Below, in pieces: positions 39,442 to 52,664 of a stretch of DNA of 64,000 nucleotides; within the stretch, counting starts at the first letter, position 1; the number at the start of each line of letters is the position of its first letter. The stretch is from the human T2T-CHM13v2.0 reference genome, Homo sapiens, in NCBI RefSeq assembly GCF_009914755.1, contig NC_060948.1; one strand, written 5' to 3'. The position numbers were made by a program, and so were the translations under genes. The notes under the pieces are model-generated. The model made no database searches and had not been told where the DNA came from. It saw only the letters and a list, made by a program, of their open reading frames with translations.

Positions 39442-42091
39442 GATATCAAAGCAATAACAGGAATTTCTAGAGTACAAATTAGTTTCTGTGAAAATTGAAA
39501 AAATTTCAGTACATACTTTGCAATGCTTAATACTTGATACAGATTAGAAATCTGGAGGTTTACCTTCTTAAACCTGCTTTTTCAAAAGTGAACCAAAATG
39601 TCAATTCACTTGTTTTTGGTCTGCTCATTTTCCTTCACCTTTTGCGACATGGCACTGCTTTTGATTGACATTTGAATACAGAGATTAATTTATTAAAACA
39701 TTTCTCACTGTTCTTTTCCTTTTTGCTTTTAGACATTACAAGTGAAACTTCTGGTAATTTCAACAGTGCACACTGTAAATAAGAATAAAAACTGGTCGGC
39801 ATCTGGCAATATGGTAGAAAAGTAACAGCTCTGATCTGCAGCTCCCAGTGAGACAAACACAAAGGACAGTTGATTTCTGCATTTCCACCTGAATTACCCA
39901 GTTCATCTCACTGGACGTGGTTAGACATTGAGTGCAGCCCACAAAAGGCAAGCAGAAGTAGGGTGAGTGTTGCCTCACTCAGGAAGTGTAAGGGGCTGAA
40001 AACTTCCTTCTTTAACCATGGAAAGCAATCAGGGGCTGTGCTATCAAGCCCATAACCTGCAGTTTCCCCATGGTTCTTACGACGCACAGACCAGGAGATT
40101 CCCTAGTGTGCCTGTACAACCACAGAACTGGGTTTCAAGCACAAAACTGGGTGGCTGCTTTCACAGAGGCTGAGCTAGCTGCAAAATAATTTTCATACCC
40201 TAGTGGCACCTGGAACACCAGTGAGACAAAACCAGTCACCCCCCTGGAAAGGGGCTGAAGCCAGGGAGCCAAGTGGTCCCACTGAGCAGGCCCCACTTCC
40301 ATGGAGCACAGCAAGCTGAGATCCACTGGCTTCAAGTTCTCACTACCTACATAGAAGCCTGAAGTCAACCTAGAATGATAAAGCTCGGTGGGGAGAGGTT
40401 CGACCACAATTACTGAGACTTGAGCGTAAGGTTTTCCCCTCAGAGTGTTAAGAAAACTGCCAGGAAATTTGGGCTGCATGGAACTCACAGAAGCATGCAA
40501 AGCAGGTGTGGCCACATTGGCTCTCTAGATTCCTCCTCACTGGGTAGGGCATCTCTGAAAGAAAGGCAGCAGCCTGAGTCAGAGACTTATATGTAAAACT
40601 CCCAACTCCCTGGGACAGAACACCTGAGAAAAGGGATGGCTGTGAGTGCAACTTCAGCAGACTTAAAGACTCCTGCCTGCTTGCACTGAAGAGAGCAGTG
40701 TATCTCCCAGGACAGTGCTCAAGCTCTGCTCAGGGCAGACTGGCTTTTCAAGTTTGCCCCTGACACCTGTGCCTCCTGACTAGGAGACCCTTTCCCGCAG
40801 GGGTCAACAGACACTTCATAGAGAAAAGCTCTAGCTGGCACCAGCCAGGTATCACTCTGAGTCAAAACTTCCAATCATTGCTGTTGTGCAACTTCATATG
40901 GTGATACCCAGGCAAACAGCAACTGAAGTAGACCAGCAAACTGTAGCAGACCTGCAGAAGAGATGCCTGACTGTTAGAAGAAAAACTAACAAACAGGAAA
41001 CAGTGACATCAACATCAACATCAACAAAAAGGACTCTCACACAAAATCCCAGTCCAAAGACATTCAGTATCAAAGATCCCAGGTAGATAAATCCACGAAA
41101 AATGAGGAATAGCCAGCACAAAACAGCTGAAAATTCAAAAAATTAGAATGCCTCTTCAACTCCAAATGATCGCAACTCCTCTCCAGCAAGGGCACAAAGG
41201 TGGATGGAGAATGAGGTTGATGAGTTGGCAGAAGTAGGCTTCAGAAGGTCAGTAATAACAAAATTCTCTAAGCTAAAGGAGTATGTTCTAAACCAATGCA
41301 AGTAAGGTAAAAGCCTTGATAAAACGTTACAGGAGCTGCTAACTAAAATAACCAGTTTACAGAAGAACGTATATGACCGCATAGAGCTGAAAAACACAGT
41401 GCAAGAAACATTGTGAAGCAAAAACAAGTATTAATAGATGAATCAATGAAGAGGAAGAAAGATTATCAAAGATGGAAGATCGACTTAATGAGATAAAGCA
41501 TGAAGACAAGATTAGAGAAAAATGAATGAAAAGCAACAAACAAAGCCTCCAAGAAATATGGGAGTATGTCAAAAGACCAAACCTATAATTGATTGGTGTA
41601 CCTGAAAGTGATGGGAAAAATGGAACCAAGTTTGAAAACACACTTCAAGACATCATCCAGGAGAACTTCCCAATGGAACAAGACAGGCCAACATTCAAAT
41701 TCAGGAAGTACAGATAACACCACTAAGATACTCGCTGAGAAGAGCAACAGACATATGACTGTCAGATTCTCCAAGGTTGAACAAAAAGAAAAAATGTTAA
41801 GGACAGCCAGACAGACAGGTCAGGTTATCTACAAAGGGAAGCCCATCAGACTAACAGAGGATCTCTCTGCAGAAACCCTACAAGCCAGAAGAGAGTGGAG
41901 TCAATATAAAACAACCCTAAAGAAAACAATTTCAACCTAGAATTTTATATTAATCCAAACTAAGCTTTATGAGCAAAATAAAAATAAAATTGTTACAGAT
42001 AACAAAATGTAGATGGTTTTGTCACCACCATGCCTGCCTTAGAAGAGCTCCTAAAGAAAGCACTAAATATGGAAAGAAAATACCGGTACTC

Positions 42092-42405
42092 ACCTGGTGC
42101 AGTGGCTCACGCATGTAATCTCAGCATTTCGGGAGGCGTAGGTGGGCAGATCATGAGGTCAGAAGATGGAGACCATCCTGGCTAGCACAGTGAAACCCTG
42201 TCACTACTAAAAATACAAAAAAAATAGCCGGCTGTGTTGGTGGGTGCCTGTAGTCCCAGCTACTCAGACTCACGGGAGGCTGAGGCAGAATGGCAGAAAC
42301 CCAGGAGGCGGAGCTTGCAGTGAGCCAAGGTCACGCTACTGCACTCCAGCCTGGCCAACAGAGTGAAACTCTGTCTCAAAAAACAAAAAACAAAACAAAA
42401 GAAAA
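42092..42405 (+). mobile_element. AluY-like inserted in L1
   Basis: Full dimer; imperfect TSD gaaaata/t..cggtactca on both sides. Confidence 0.9.
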
Positions 42406-43497
42406 TCGGTACTCACCACTGAAAAAAATAGCAAAATATAAAGACCAACAACTCTATGAAGAAAGTGGATCAACTAATATCCAAAACAACCAGCTAACAT
42501 TCCCATGCCAGGATCAAATTGACACATAAGAATATTAACCCTAAATGTAAATGAAATAAATTTGCCAATTAAAGTACACAGATTGGCAAATTGGATAAAG
42601 AGTCAAGACCCTTCGGTATGCTATATTGAGGAGAACCATCTCATGGGTGAAGACACACATAGGCTCAAAATAAAAGGATGGAGGAATATTTACCAAGCAA
42701 ATGGAAAGTTACCAAAAAAAAAAAAAAAAAAAAAAAAAAAAGCAGGGCTTGAAATCGTAGTCTATCCTAAGGCAAACTTTAAGCCAACATAGATCATAAA
42801 AGACAAAGTAGGGAGTTGCGTAATGGTAAGGAATCAGTGCAACCAGCACAGCTAACAATCCTAAATGTATATGAACCTAATACAGGAGCACTCAGATTAA
42901 AAAGCAAGTTCTTAGAGACTTACACAGACTTAGATTCACACACAATTATAACAGGAGACTTTAACACCCTACTATCAATATTACGCTGATAAATGAGACA
43001 GAACTTTAACAAGAATACTCAGGACGTGAACTCAGCCCTTGACCAAGCAGAGCTAATAGACATCTACAGACGTCTCCACCCCAAATCAACAGAATATACA
43101 TTCTTCTCATCACCACGTAGCACTTATTGTAAAATTGACCACATAACTGGAGGCAAAACACTCCTCAGCAAATGCAAAAGAATGGAAATCAAAACAAACA
43201 GTCTCTCGCACCAGAGTGGAATAAAATTAGAACTCAGGATTAAGAAACTTATTCAAAACTGCAAAATTACATGGGAACTGTAAAACCTGCTCCTGATTGA
43301 CCACTGGATAAATAACAAAATTAAGAAACAAAGAAAGAAGCCGTTTAAAATCAATGAGAACAAAGACACAACCTACCACAATCTCTAGGACACAGCTAAC
43401 GCAGTGTTAAGAGAGAAATTTATAGCACTAAATGCCCACATCAAAAGTGGGAAAGATCTAAAATCAACACCATAAAATCACAATGAAAAAAACTAGA

Positions 43498-43815
43498 GGG
43501 ACAGACATAGTGGCTCATGCCTGATATTTCAGCACTTTGGGAAGTTGTGCCAGGCAGGTCACCTGAGTTCAAGAGTTCAAGACTAGCCTAGCCAACAAAC
43601 ATGATGAAACTCCATCTCCACAGAAAATACAAAGAAAAAGAAAGCCTGGCATGGGGGCTCACACCTGTAATCCAGGATACGTAGGAAGCTGAGTTGAGAT
43701 AATCTCTTGAACAGAAAAGATAAAAACCACAGTGAGCTGAGGTAGCACCACTCCACTCCAGTGTGCATGACAGAGCAAGACACCTTCTCAAAAAAAAAAA
43801 AAAAAATTAAAAAAA
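43498..43815 (+). mobile_element. Alu inserted in L1
   Basis: Diverged dimer with A tail. Confidence 0.85.
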
Positions 43816-46800
43816 GGAAGAAAGAAAGCAAAAGAGCTGGAGAAGCAAGAACAAACATATCCAAAAACTGAGACAAAAAAAGAAATAACTGAGATAAGAA
43901 CGTAACTGAAGGTGATAGAGTCAGGAAAATCCCTCATGAATCCAGGAGCATTTTTGTTTGTTTGTTTGTTTTTTGTAAAGATTAACAAAATAGATACACT
44001 GCTAGCCAGACTAATAAAGAAAAAAAAGAAAAGAATCAATTAGACATATTAAAAAAGGATAATGGGGATGTAAAAACTGATCCCACATAAATACAAACTA
44101 CCATCAGAGAATACTGTAAACACCTCTATGTAAATAAAGCAAAAAATCTATAAGAAATAAGTAAATTCCTGGACACATACACTTCTGCAAGACTAAACCA
44201 GGAAAAAGTAGAATCCCTGAAGAGACCAACAGATTCTAAAGTTGAGGCAGTAATAGCCTACCAACCAAAAAATGCCCAGACCAGACAGATTCACAGACTA
44301 CTTCTACCAGAGGTACAAAGAAAAGCTGGTGTCATTTACTTCTGAAACTATTCCAAACAATAGAAAGAGAGGGACTCCTCCTGAACTTATTTTATGAGGC
44401 CAGCATCATCTTAATACCAAAACCTGTCAGAAACCAAAAAAAAAAAAAAAAAAAAAAAATAGGCCAGTATTCCCGATGACCATCAATGTGAATATTCACA
44501 ATAAAATACTGGCAAACTGAATCCAGCAACACATCAAAAAGCTTATCCATCACGATCAGATCAGCTCCAACGAGCAAGGCTGGTTTTAACATATACAAAT
44601 CAACAAACGTAATTCATCACATAAAGAGAACCAAAGACAAAAACCACATAATTTTCTCTCTCGTTGCAGAAAAGGCCTTAGATAAAATTCAACATCCCTT
44701 CCCACTAAAAACACTCAATATACCAGGTATCGATGGAATGTATCAGAAACTAACGAGAATTATTTGTGACAAACCCATAGGCAATATTATACTGAATGGG
44801 CAAAAGCTGGAAACATTTTCTTTGAAAACACAGAACACAAGGCACAAGACAAGGATGGCTTCTCTCACCACTCGTATTCAACATAGAGTGGAAAGTTCCA
44901 CCCAGGGCAATCAGACAAGAGAAGCAAATAAAGGGTATTCAAATAAAAATAAAGGAAATCAAATTTTCCCTGTTTTTAGAGGACATAGTTGTATATTTAG
45001 AATACCCCAGTATCTCACCTCTAAAACTACTTAGCAGTAGACAAGAAACTTGTCTTTTGTATGAGTTTGCTTAAGCTTATAAGCAACTCCAGCAATCTCA
45101 GGCTACAAAATCAATGTGCAAAAATCACAAGTATTTCTATACACCAATAATAGAAAAACAGAGAATCAAATCATGACTGACCTCAAATTCACAATTTCTC
45201 CAAAGAAAAAAATAACTAAGAATAAAAATTACAAGAAATATGAAGGACTTCTTTATGGAGAACTACAAACCAGTGCTCAAAGAGAGGACACAAAAATATC
45301 ATGTTCATGAATAAGAAGAATCAATATCATGAAAGTGACCATGCTGCTTAAAGTAATTCACACATCTACAATGATCTGATCTTTGACAAGCCTGAATAAA
45401 CAAGCAACTGGGGAAGAATTCCCTGGTATGGGAAAACTGGCTAGCCATATGGAGAAACCTGAAACTAGATCCCTTTCTCACACCACATAATTAACTCAAG
45501 ATGACTAAAAGACTTAAACGTAAAACCTAAAACCCTAAACACCCTAGAAGAAAATCTACACAATACCATTCAGGATATAGGCATGGACAAAAACTTCATG
45601 GCAAAAAGACCAAAAAACAATTGCAACACCGTCCAAAATTGACAAATGGGACCTAATTAATCTAAAGAGCTCCCCACAGCAAAAGAAAATATCATCAGAG
45701 TGAACAGGCAACATACAAAATGTGAGAACATTTTTTCAACCTATCTATCTGAAAAAAGTCTAATATCAAAAACCTACAAGAAATTTAAAAAAACTTACAA
45801 CAAAATAAAAAACAAATCCCATCAAAAAGTGGGCAAAGGATATGAACAGACATTTCCCAAAGGAAGATATTTAATCAGCAAACAAACATATATAAAAAAA
45901 AGCTTAGCATCACTGGTCATTAGAGAAATGCACATCAAAACCACAATGAGATACAATCTCACACCGGTCAGAATGGTGACCATTAAAAAGTCAGGAAACA
46001 ACAGGTTCTGGTGAAGATGTGGAGAAAGAGGAATGCTCTATACTGCTGGTGTTAGTACAAATTAGTTAAATCATTGTGGAAGACAGTATGGTGATTCTTC
46101 AAAGATCTGTAACCAGAAATACCATTTGACCCAGCAATCCCATTATGTGGTGTGCCTCCAGAGGATTATAAATCATTCTACATAAGGAAACATGCACATT
46201 TACATTTACTGCAGCACTATTCAGACACAAAAAAGACATGGAACAAACCCAAATACCCATCAATTATGGATTGGATAAAGAAAATGTGGAACATATATAC
46301 CATGGGATACTATGCAGCCATGAAAAAGAATAAGTTCATGTCCTTTTCAGGGACATGAATGGAGCTGGAAACAATTATTCTCAGCAAGCTAACACAGGAA
46401 CAGAAAAGCAAACACTACCTATTCTCATGCATAAGTGGGAATGGAACAATGAGGACACAATGGGGCCTGTCAGGGAGTAGGGGGTAAGCGGAAGGAGATC
46501 ATCAGGACAAATACCTAATGCATGCAGGGCTTAAAACTTAGATGATGGGTTGATGGGTGCAGCAAACCACGGTGGCACATGTACACCAATGTAACAAATC
46601 TGCCTGTTCTGCACATGTATCCTAGAAGTTAAATTATAATAAAAAATAGTCAAGTTAAATGACCAACTAAATAGTATCCATGAATTTATGATTATTCCAT
46701 ATATGGCTTTTACTTAATACTTTGTGCTTTGTGTCTCTAGGAAAGCAAAATAAAAATATGTTGTACCAAACATTTTAAAAGAATTTACTAGAAAGCAATT

Positions 46801-47354
46801 GGAGCCAATTTTTTTATCTGTTGATGAAGACAAGTGTAGATTAAAAACCAACTCTCCTAATGCTTGTCAGTACCGCAAGGTGCTCAGGATCAAAATAAAA
46901 CTTCCAACCTAAGGATATCTGGCAGCCTCCAGAACTTTAAGAAAAGCCGAGAAACAAAGTATCCAGCTTCAGGCTCTTTCTAGGAGAGCATGCCCAAGGC
47001 CTTGGGGACCCTTGGACCCTGGAAGAAGGGCGGAAGTGGGGTAGGTGGGGGCGGTATTTGGAGCCACTGCCCCTCTGGCAGCCACTGCTGCTCCCCATGG
47101 ATGGCTTGGAGTCTCAGCCTTCAGCAGAATCAGCAGGCTTTCCGCAAACAGTGTTTGGTGTGCCTGCCTGTTTTCCATCTCTGTATCTTCCTTAGTGATG
47201 TATCTACTCAGGTTTTACCTTGAAATTGGGTTGCTTATCTTTTTGAGTTTTAGGGTATCCTCGTATATTGTACATACAAGTCGCTTTTCAGATTAGTTTG
47301 CTAAATTTTTCTATCTGTGGCTGGCTTTTTGGTTCTCTTTACCGGATTTCACTT

Positions 47355-47615
47355 ATTTTTTTTTGAGGTGATGTCTCATTTTGTCACCCAGCCTGGAGTG
47401 CAATGACCCGAACCAGCCTCACCGCAATCCCCACCTCCCAAGTTCAAAGGATTCTCCTTGCTCAGACTCCTAAGCATCTAGGATTACCGGCATACACCAG
47501 AAATCCCAGTTAAATTTTTTTATTTTTAGTACAGACGTGACTTCACCATGTATACGATGCTGACCTGCAACTCCTGTCCTCAGGTGATCTGTCCGCTTTG
47601 ACCTTCAAAAGTAAC
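47355..47615 (-). mobile_element. Alu
   Basis: Diverged antisense Alu. Confidence 0.8.
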
Positions 47616-48169
47616 AGGGTGTTTTACAGATAAGACATTTCATCTTTTAATAAAGTTCATATTATCCATTTTTTTCTTTCATGGACTTGCTAATAAATAA
47701 TTACCAAAACCAGGCCCATGAAGATACTTTCCAATTACAACTTTGCAGTGAAAAGATTTAAAGTATGGGTATTTTTGACTAATTTTTTAACTATAAAATT
47801 TTTGTCTATGTTCATTTGTTTCCATATAGTTTCCAGCAGTTTTCTTGACACTTGTGAAACAGCTTTATCTTTTCCAAAGAATATTCTTCGCATTTTTGAC
47901 AAAATCAGTTGACTTGGGACAGTTTGGGGGCTATTCTCTTCCACTTATCTGCTGGTCTGTTAAATTATGAATGCCACACTCTTCTTTATTACATTAGCTT
48001 TAGTGTAAATATTCATATCCAGATGTGTAATTCCTTTAGCTTTGTTCTTCTTTAGTCTTATTTCATCTATTCTAGGTTTAGGAAGAGTTTGTTGATATAT
48101 TTACCTGGAATTTGATTGGGATATGTCTGAAATAACCATAAATGTACTTCTCCAGAACAAGAAACGTCT

Positions 48170-48455
48170 CTTTATTTATTTATTTATTTATTTATTTATT
48201 GAAAAAGAGTTGTGTCACCCATGTTGGAGTGCAGTAGCACCATCTCAACTCACTGAGATTCTCCCACTTCAATGACCCAAGTAGCTGGGAACACAGGCGT
48301 GCCCACCAAGCTCAGCTTATTTTTTTTTGTATTTTTGGTAGAGTTGGAGTTTCACCCTGTTCCCCAGGCTGGTCTCCGACTCATTGGCTCAAGTGATCTG
48401 CCTGTGGCAGCCTCCCAAAGTGCTGGGATTACAGGCGTCTGCCAACATGCCAGGA
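48170..48455 (-). mobile_element. Alu with (TTTA)n tail
   Basis: Antisense Alu consensus. Confidence 0.85.
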
Positions 48456-48697
48456 CTCTCTGCATTTACTAATATTTCTGTTGATTTCTCTCAAAGGTGA
48501 CTTATTGTTTACTGAATGAATTCTGCATATTTTGTTACATTTATACTTAAAGGACTCAATTTTTTGGGTAGTATTGTAAGTGGTGTTTTAATATTTCAAA
48601 TTCCAATGATTTCTATTCATGATTGCTGATAGACAAAAAATCAGTTGAGTTTTATCTATTGATCGTCTCCTTTGCTTCTTTTTAATCCCCATTCAAG

Positions 48698-49221
48698 GTT
48701 TGGGAAGGTTGGCTCTATTTCACTTCCACTTCCTGAGACTGTCGCCTGGATTAACCCACCCCGAATTTCAGAAATTTTCCCAGGCTACCACCAGAGGGTG
48801 CACGGAGCCTACGCACTGAGCATGCAGAGCCCGCAAACAAACTCTCTGAGGAGCAGGGTGTCCTCACAGTGCCTCGGATAGCACTTCCTTCTCCTCAAGA
48901 CACACCGGAGAGAGGCCGTGGTTTCAGGGTACCTGGGGACACCTGAGGCACGTTCGTAGTGAAGACTAAGCCTCCTTCATCTCAGGACCCGCCCAAGAGT
49001 GGCCGCAGCTTTGGCCCACCTGGGGTCGCGTCCACCATGAAGATGAAGTCTCTTTCTCTTCTGGACATGTCCAGGAGTGGCCGTTGCTACAAGACATCTG
49101 GTGCTACGACCAGGTGAGAATAAAGACGTCTCCTCAGGACCCTCCCAGGAGAGGACATGGCATTCAGACATCTGGTGGACAGGTGAGGAAAAGACCCCCT
49201 GTCTGCAGCACCCAGAACTGA
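48698..49221 (+). pseudogene. PRY: PRY terminal coding exon
   Basis: Acceptor ...cattcaag|; ORF 48672-48881 matches PRY; downstream homology (SSQDPPKSGR...PVCSTQN*) continues to 49221. Confidence 0.88.
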
Positions 49222-49734
49222 GGAGGGTCACTGCTCTGAGCCTTACTTCCCAGCCCTGGCCTCCAATTCTGACTTTACGAAAGTGTCCCTTGAGCGAGGC
49301 AGTGACCACGCATTGTCACAGCTACCAAAGTGTGGTTTGCAGATGATCTGAGCTTGTTTCTGGCGGAGATTCTGTTACAGAGAAAGGAGAGGTGCTGAGT
49401 GGAACTACTATGACAGGCTGAGGTCAGGGGAGACATCACAACCTCCAACAACACTTTTTTCATGCTTTAATGACTCATTTTTCTTAGAGAACTAAAGTAG
49501 TTGAAACAATATAGAAAAAATTTTAAGTAGGCATATTAGAAGCTGAATTATTATTTAAGTTTAAATATATGGTATATGCCCGGTTAACAACATTTTTTCT
49601 TTTCCTGAGACAATCACAGTTTAATTGAGAGTGGATTTGTAATGGTGATGAAAATGTCTACTTTATAAAGGTTGACATCCTACATTAGCTGAGATATACT
49701 AACAGTATCAACCTTTGATATTAAAACATAAAAT

Positions 49735-50346
49735 TAATTGAAGAATTCTGAGCCAAATATCAGTGACAAATGGTCCATGACACAGCCATACTCAGGAGAT
49801 CTTGAGAACATGTGCCCCAGGTGGTGTGTGCACAGTCTATATTTATGCATTTTCAGGAGACATGAGACATCAGTCAAACACATGTAAGATGTACATTAGT
49901 TTGGTCAAGAAAGGATGGACAACTTGAAAATAGCGATGGGGCTGCACTTTCAAGTTACAGGTAGATTTAAATATGTTTTCATTGGCAGTTGGCTGAAAGA
50001 GTTAAGTTATTATCTAAAAACATAAAATCAACAGATAGGGATGACTGGGTTACAATAAATAGTAAGGACTGTAGAGACCAAAGTTTTATCATGATGATGA
50101 AGCCTCCATGTAGCAGGCTTGAGAGAATAGAAGGTAAATATTCCTTATCAGACTTAAGGTATGCATTGCTGTTAATGATGGTCAACTTTTTCTAAAGTTC
50201 AAAAGGGAGGAGCGTGTAATGAATCATGTGTGTCCCTCTTTCTTGTCGGGAACTGAACCACTTTTGGAATGCCTTTGGTCAAAAGGAGGGGTCCATTCAG
50301 ATGACTGTGGTGGGTGGGGGGACGTGAGAGTTATTTTTTTTTACAA
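49735..50346 (-). mobile_element. MER4-group ERV1 LTR
   Basis: ttctgagccaaatat...gagaacatgtgcccca...ggagacatgagacatca motifs; ends ...tttaca. Confidence 0.75.
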
Positions 50347-50719
50347 GTGTTTCACTTCTATTTAAAAAACTATAACCTATTAAATTGTTATAAATTATAA
50401 TTAATCTAAGAGTAAAAAGGGATTTCTTAAATTAAAAAAAAAATCGAACACTAAAAATCCTAAGCCACCACACTTTGCCAGATCTTTTATTCTTTCTCTT
50501 TTTAAAGTTGTCAGGGATGCTTTGCTTGTAAGTCATATAGTTGACTCATTGACCATCGGGGTATAGTTCTGTTGCTTCTTCAAATATTGTACCTAGTAAC
50601 CTTCCCAAATTGTTTTTAAGTAAAGTTCTTAAATTGTAGCAGTAAACAAAATGAAAAGACAATGTTACACAATACTGAGGTTTATCACAGGACATAAAAA
50701 ATTTCAACTCTTATTCCTT

Positions 50720-51005
50720 TTCTTCTTCTTCTTCTTTTTTTTTTTTTTTTTTTTTTTTTTCTGGAGACAGGGTCTCATTCTTTTTCCCAGCCTGAAGTGC
50801 GGAATTGCCATCCTGGCTCGCTGCAGCCTCTAACTGCCAAGCTGAACTGATCCTCCACCTTAGACTCAGCTATCATCTCTGGCTAACTTTTTGTATTTTT
50901 TGGTAGAGACAAAGGTTTGCCATGTTGCCTGGACATGTCTCAAATGTCTGAACTCAAGTGGTCTGCCTGCCTTGGCCTCAAGAAGTGCTGAGATTATAGG
51001 CATCA
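50720..51005 (-). mobile_element. Alu (AluJ-like) with long poly-T
   Basis: Antisense Alu consensus. Confidence 0.85.
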
Positions 51006-51249
51006 ATAAAACATTTATGTTAGGGTTAGATAAAAATCAATCTTTAGGCTAAGTTATGAACATGTATATAATGCAATTTTTTATTTGTGCCTAATTTTCA
51101 TCATTTTCTGTGTTGACATTACTCATTTTAAAGTCACATTCAAGGGATAAGGCAAAATCACCTGTGAATTGGCATATTTGTTTATTTCTCTGTTTGGGAA
51201 AATGTCCTTAGTTTTTTCACGATGCAAAAAAATTTCAATTCTGTTATGC

Positions 51250-51745
51250 AAAAAACAGAAGAGAATCTTCTTTGCAATTAATTTTATAGGCCCCTTCACA
51301 CAGGGAATGTGCTATTTATAAAAAAAAAAAAAAACTGAACTACAGATCTTAAACACTGAAAAAAATTAACAGTTTATTATAATTTATTTTATCCTATCAA
51401 TTAATTGTATTTATATACAATCTTGAAAGTTTACAGTCATCAACAGTTCTACTGCAGTTTCAGGTGAAATGGGAATTTAGAAATTTCTATGGAGCTGTAG
51501 GCGTAGTGAAACATTTTGTTAAAATATGTCCGTGCTTTTGGCAGCACTTGTGAAGGGATGCCTCCAAATTAACCTCAATGCTTTTCTTCTCAGCAAAATG
51601 ACCTGGGCCACTCAGTATGACTTTCTTTGTTGCTGATGTTCATGCATGTTCTCTTTTTACCATAAATTTATGACTCTGAAGATATCCATTTGACATGGTG
51701 GCATTAGGGCTTTCAAAATGACTAGATTTTCTACTCGCCATCCAT
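51250..51745 (-). pseudogene. ELOC: Elongin C (ELOC/TCEB1) processed pseudogene; decayed CDS 51745-51411 plus 3' UTR
   Basis: Minus strand reads MDGE*K...HVKWISS...[34 protein letters not shown]...PETAVELLMTVNFQDC, matching ELOC; intronless; many stops and frameshifts. Confidence 0.88.
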
Positions 51746-52664
51746 TAGGTACTTACATGTTTCTACTTCGACTCCCCCAGAACATGAGTAGTTTCTGGTT
51801 AGCCCCACGGAGAGTGCAGCACAGGTCCCAATATAGCAATGCAGACTCCACCCCAAGGCCACCCTTCACCCCTAGCTGCATGATGCTGTGCATTCCAGGG
51901 AAGTTGGATGACACACAGCTTGTTGTTTTTACAAACAAAATTATTGTGTTAATTTCATTTTCATATGGTTTATTGCTAGTGTGTAGAAATAGATTTTAGT
52001 GTATCGATATTTTATACTGTATGTTTGTTTAATTTGTTTACTAGATTTTATTATTTCTTGTTGTTTTCTTATTTTCTGTATATGAGATCATGAGATCCAT
52101 GAGTAGATAGTTTTACTTTTATTTTTCCACATATCAATAGCTTCGTATATATTTTTCTCTTCCAATTATTTTGGATGGAACTTCTAGTACTGTATCAAAT
52201 ACAATGATGAAAGTGTGCATCAGTGCTGTGCTCCTCATCTTAAAGTTTTTGTTCCCAACAATTCAGATGCTGATTGTTACAGGTTTTGCATAAAGATGTT
52301 TTATCATATGAAAGAAATTTGAAACACAGTTTATTGGATGTTGTTAACATTAAATATGTTGACTAACTTTAAGTATTTTCTGTAACAGTTGAGATAAACA
52401 TGTACTGTTTTCCCATCATTTAGTTTACATGGTACATTGAAAAACGATGGCTTCAGAATGTTAAAGACAAACAAACAAACCCTAAATTTTCTAAAAAATG
52501 AACATAATTATTGAGGTGCATAATGTCTTCCCCATGTAGCAAATTTCATGTACTATTATTTTGTTAAACATTATAATGTATCTAATTATCATATTTATTA
52601 ACATTTAGAGTTTTGTCCCAGTTGTATCATCTGCTTAATTCAATTTTCAATTGGAGTTAATAAT

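Larger units (their letters stand above)
39794..46646 (+). mobile_element. Near-full-length L1PA (approximately PA8-PA10) in a PRY intron, with nested Alus and internal deletions
   Basis: 5' UTR (aacagctctgatctgcagctcccag), ORF1 (YKGKPIRLTEDLSAETLQARREW), EN fragments 42562-43283, C-terminal fragments 45700-46358, 3' UTR ending at 46646. Confidence 0.92.
33852..49221 (+). pseudogene. PRY: PRY (PTPN13-like Y-linked) unprocessed pseudogene; exons 33852-33955, 36464-36579, 48698-~49221+
   Basis: Exons translate to GLGLGLSWRQDNLNGTDCQ / GCNIFYFSETIGSMHSELCLSRGHGARRKKELKDSFLW / RFGKVGSISLPLPETVAWINPPRISEIFPGYHQRVHGA...SSQCLG*, matching PRY with compatible splice phases; defects are a lost MGAT start region, acceptor AG->AT at 36462-36463 and TAG at 48879. 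Confidence 0.9.
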
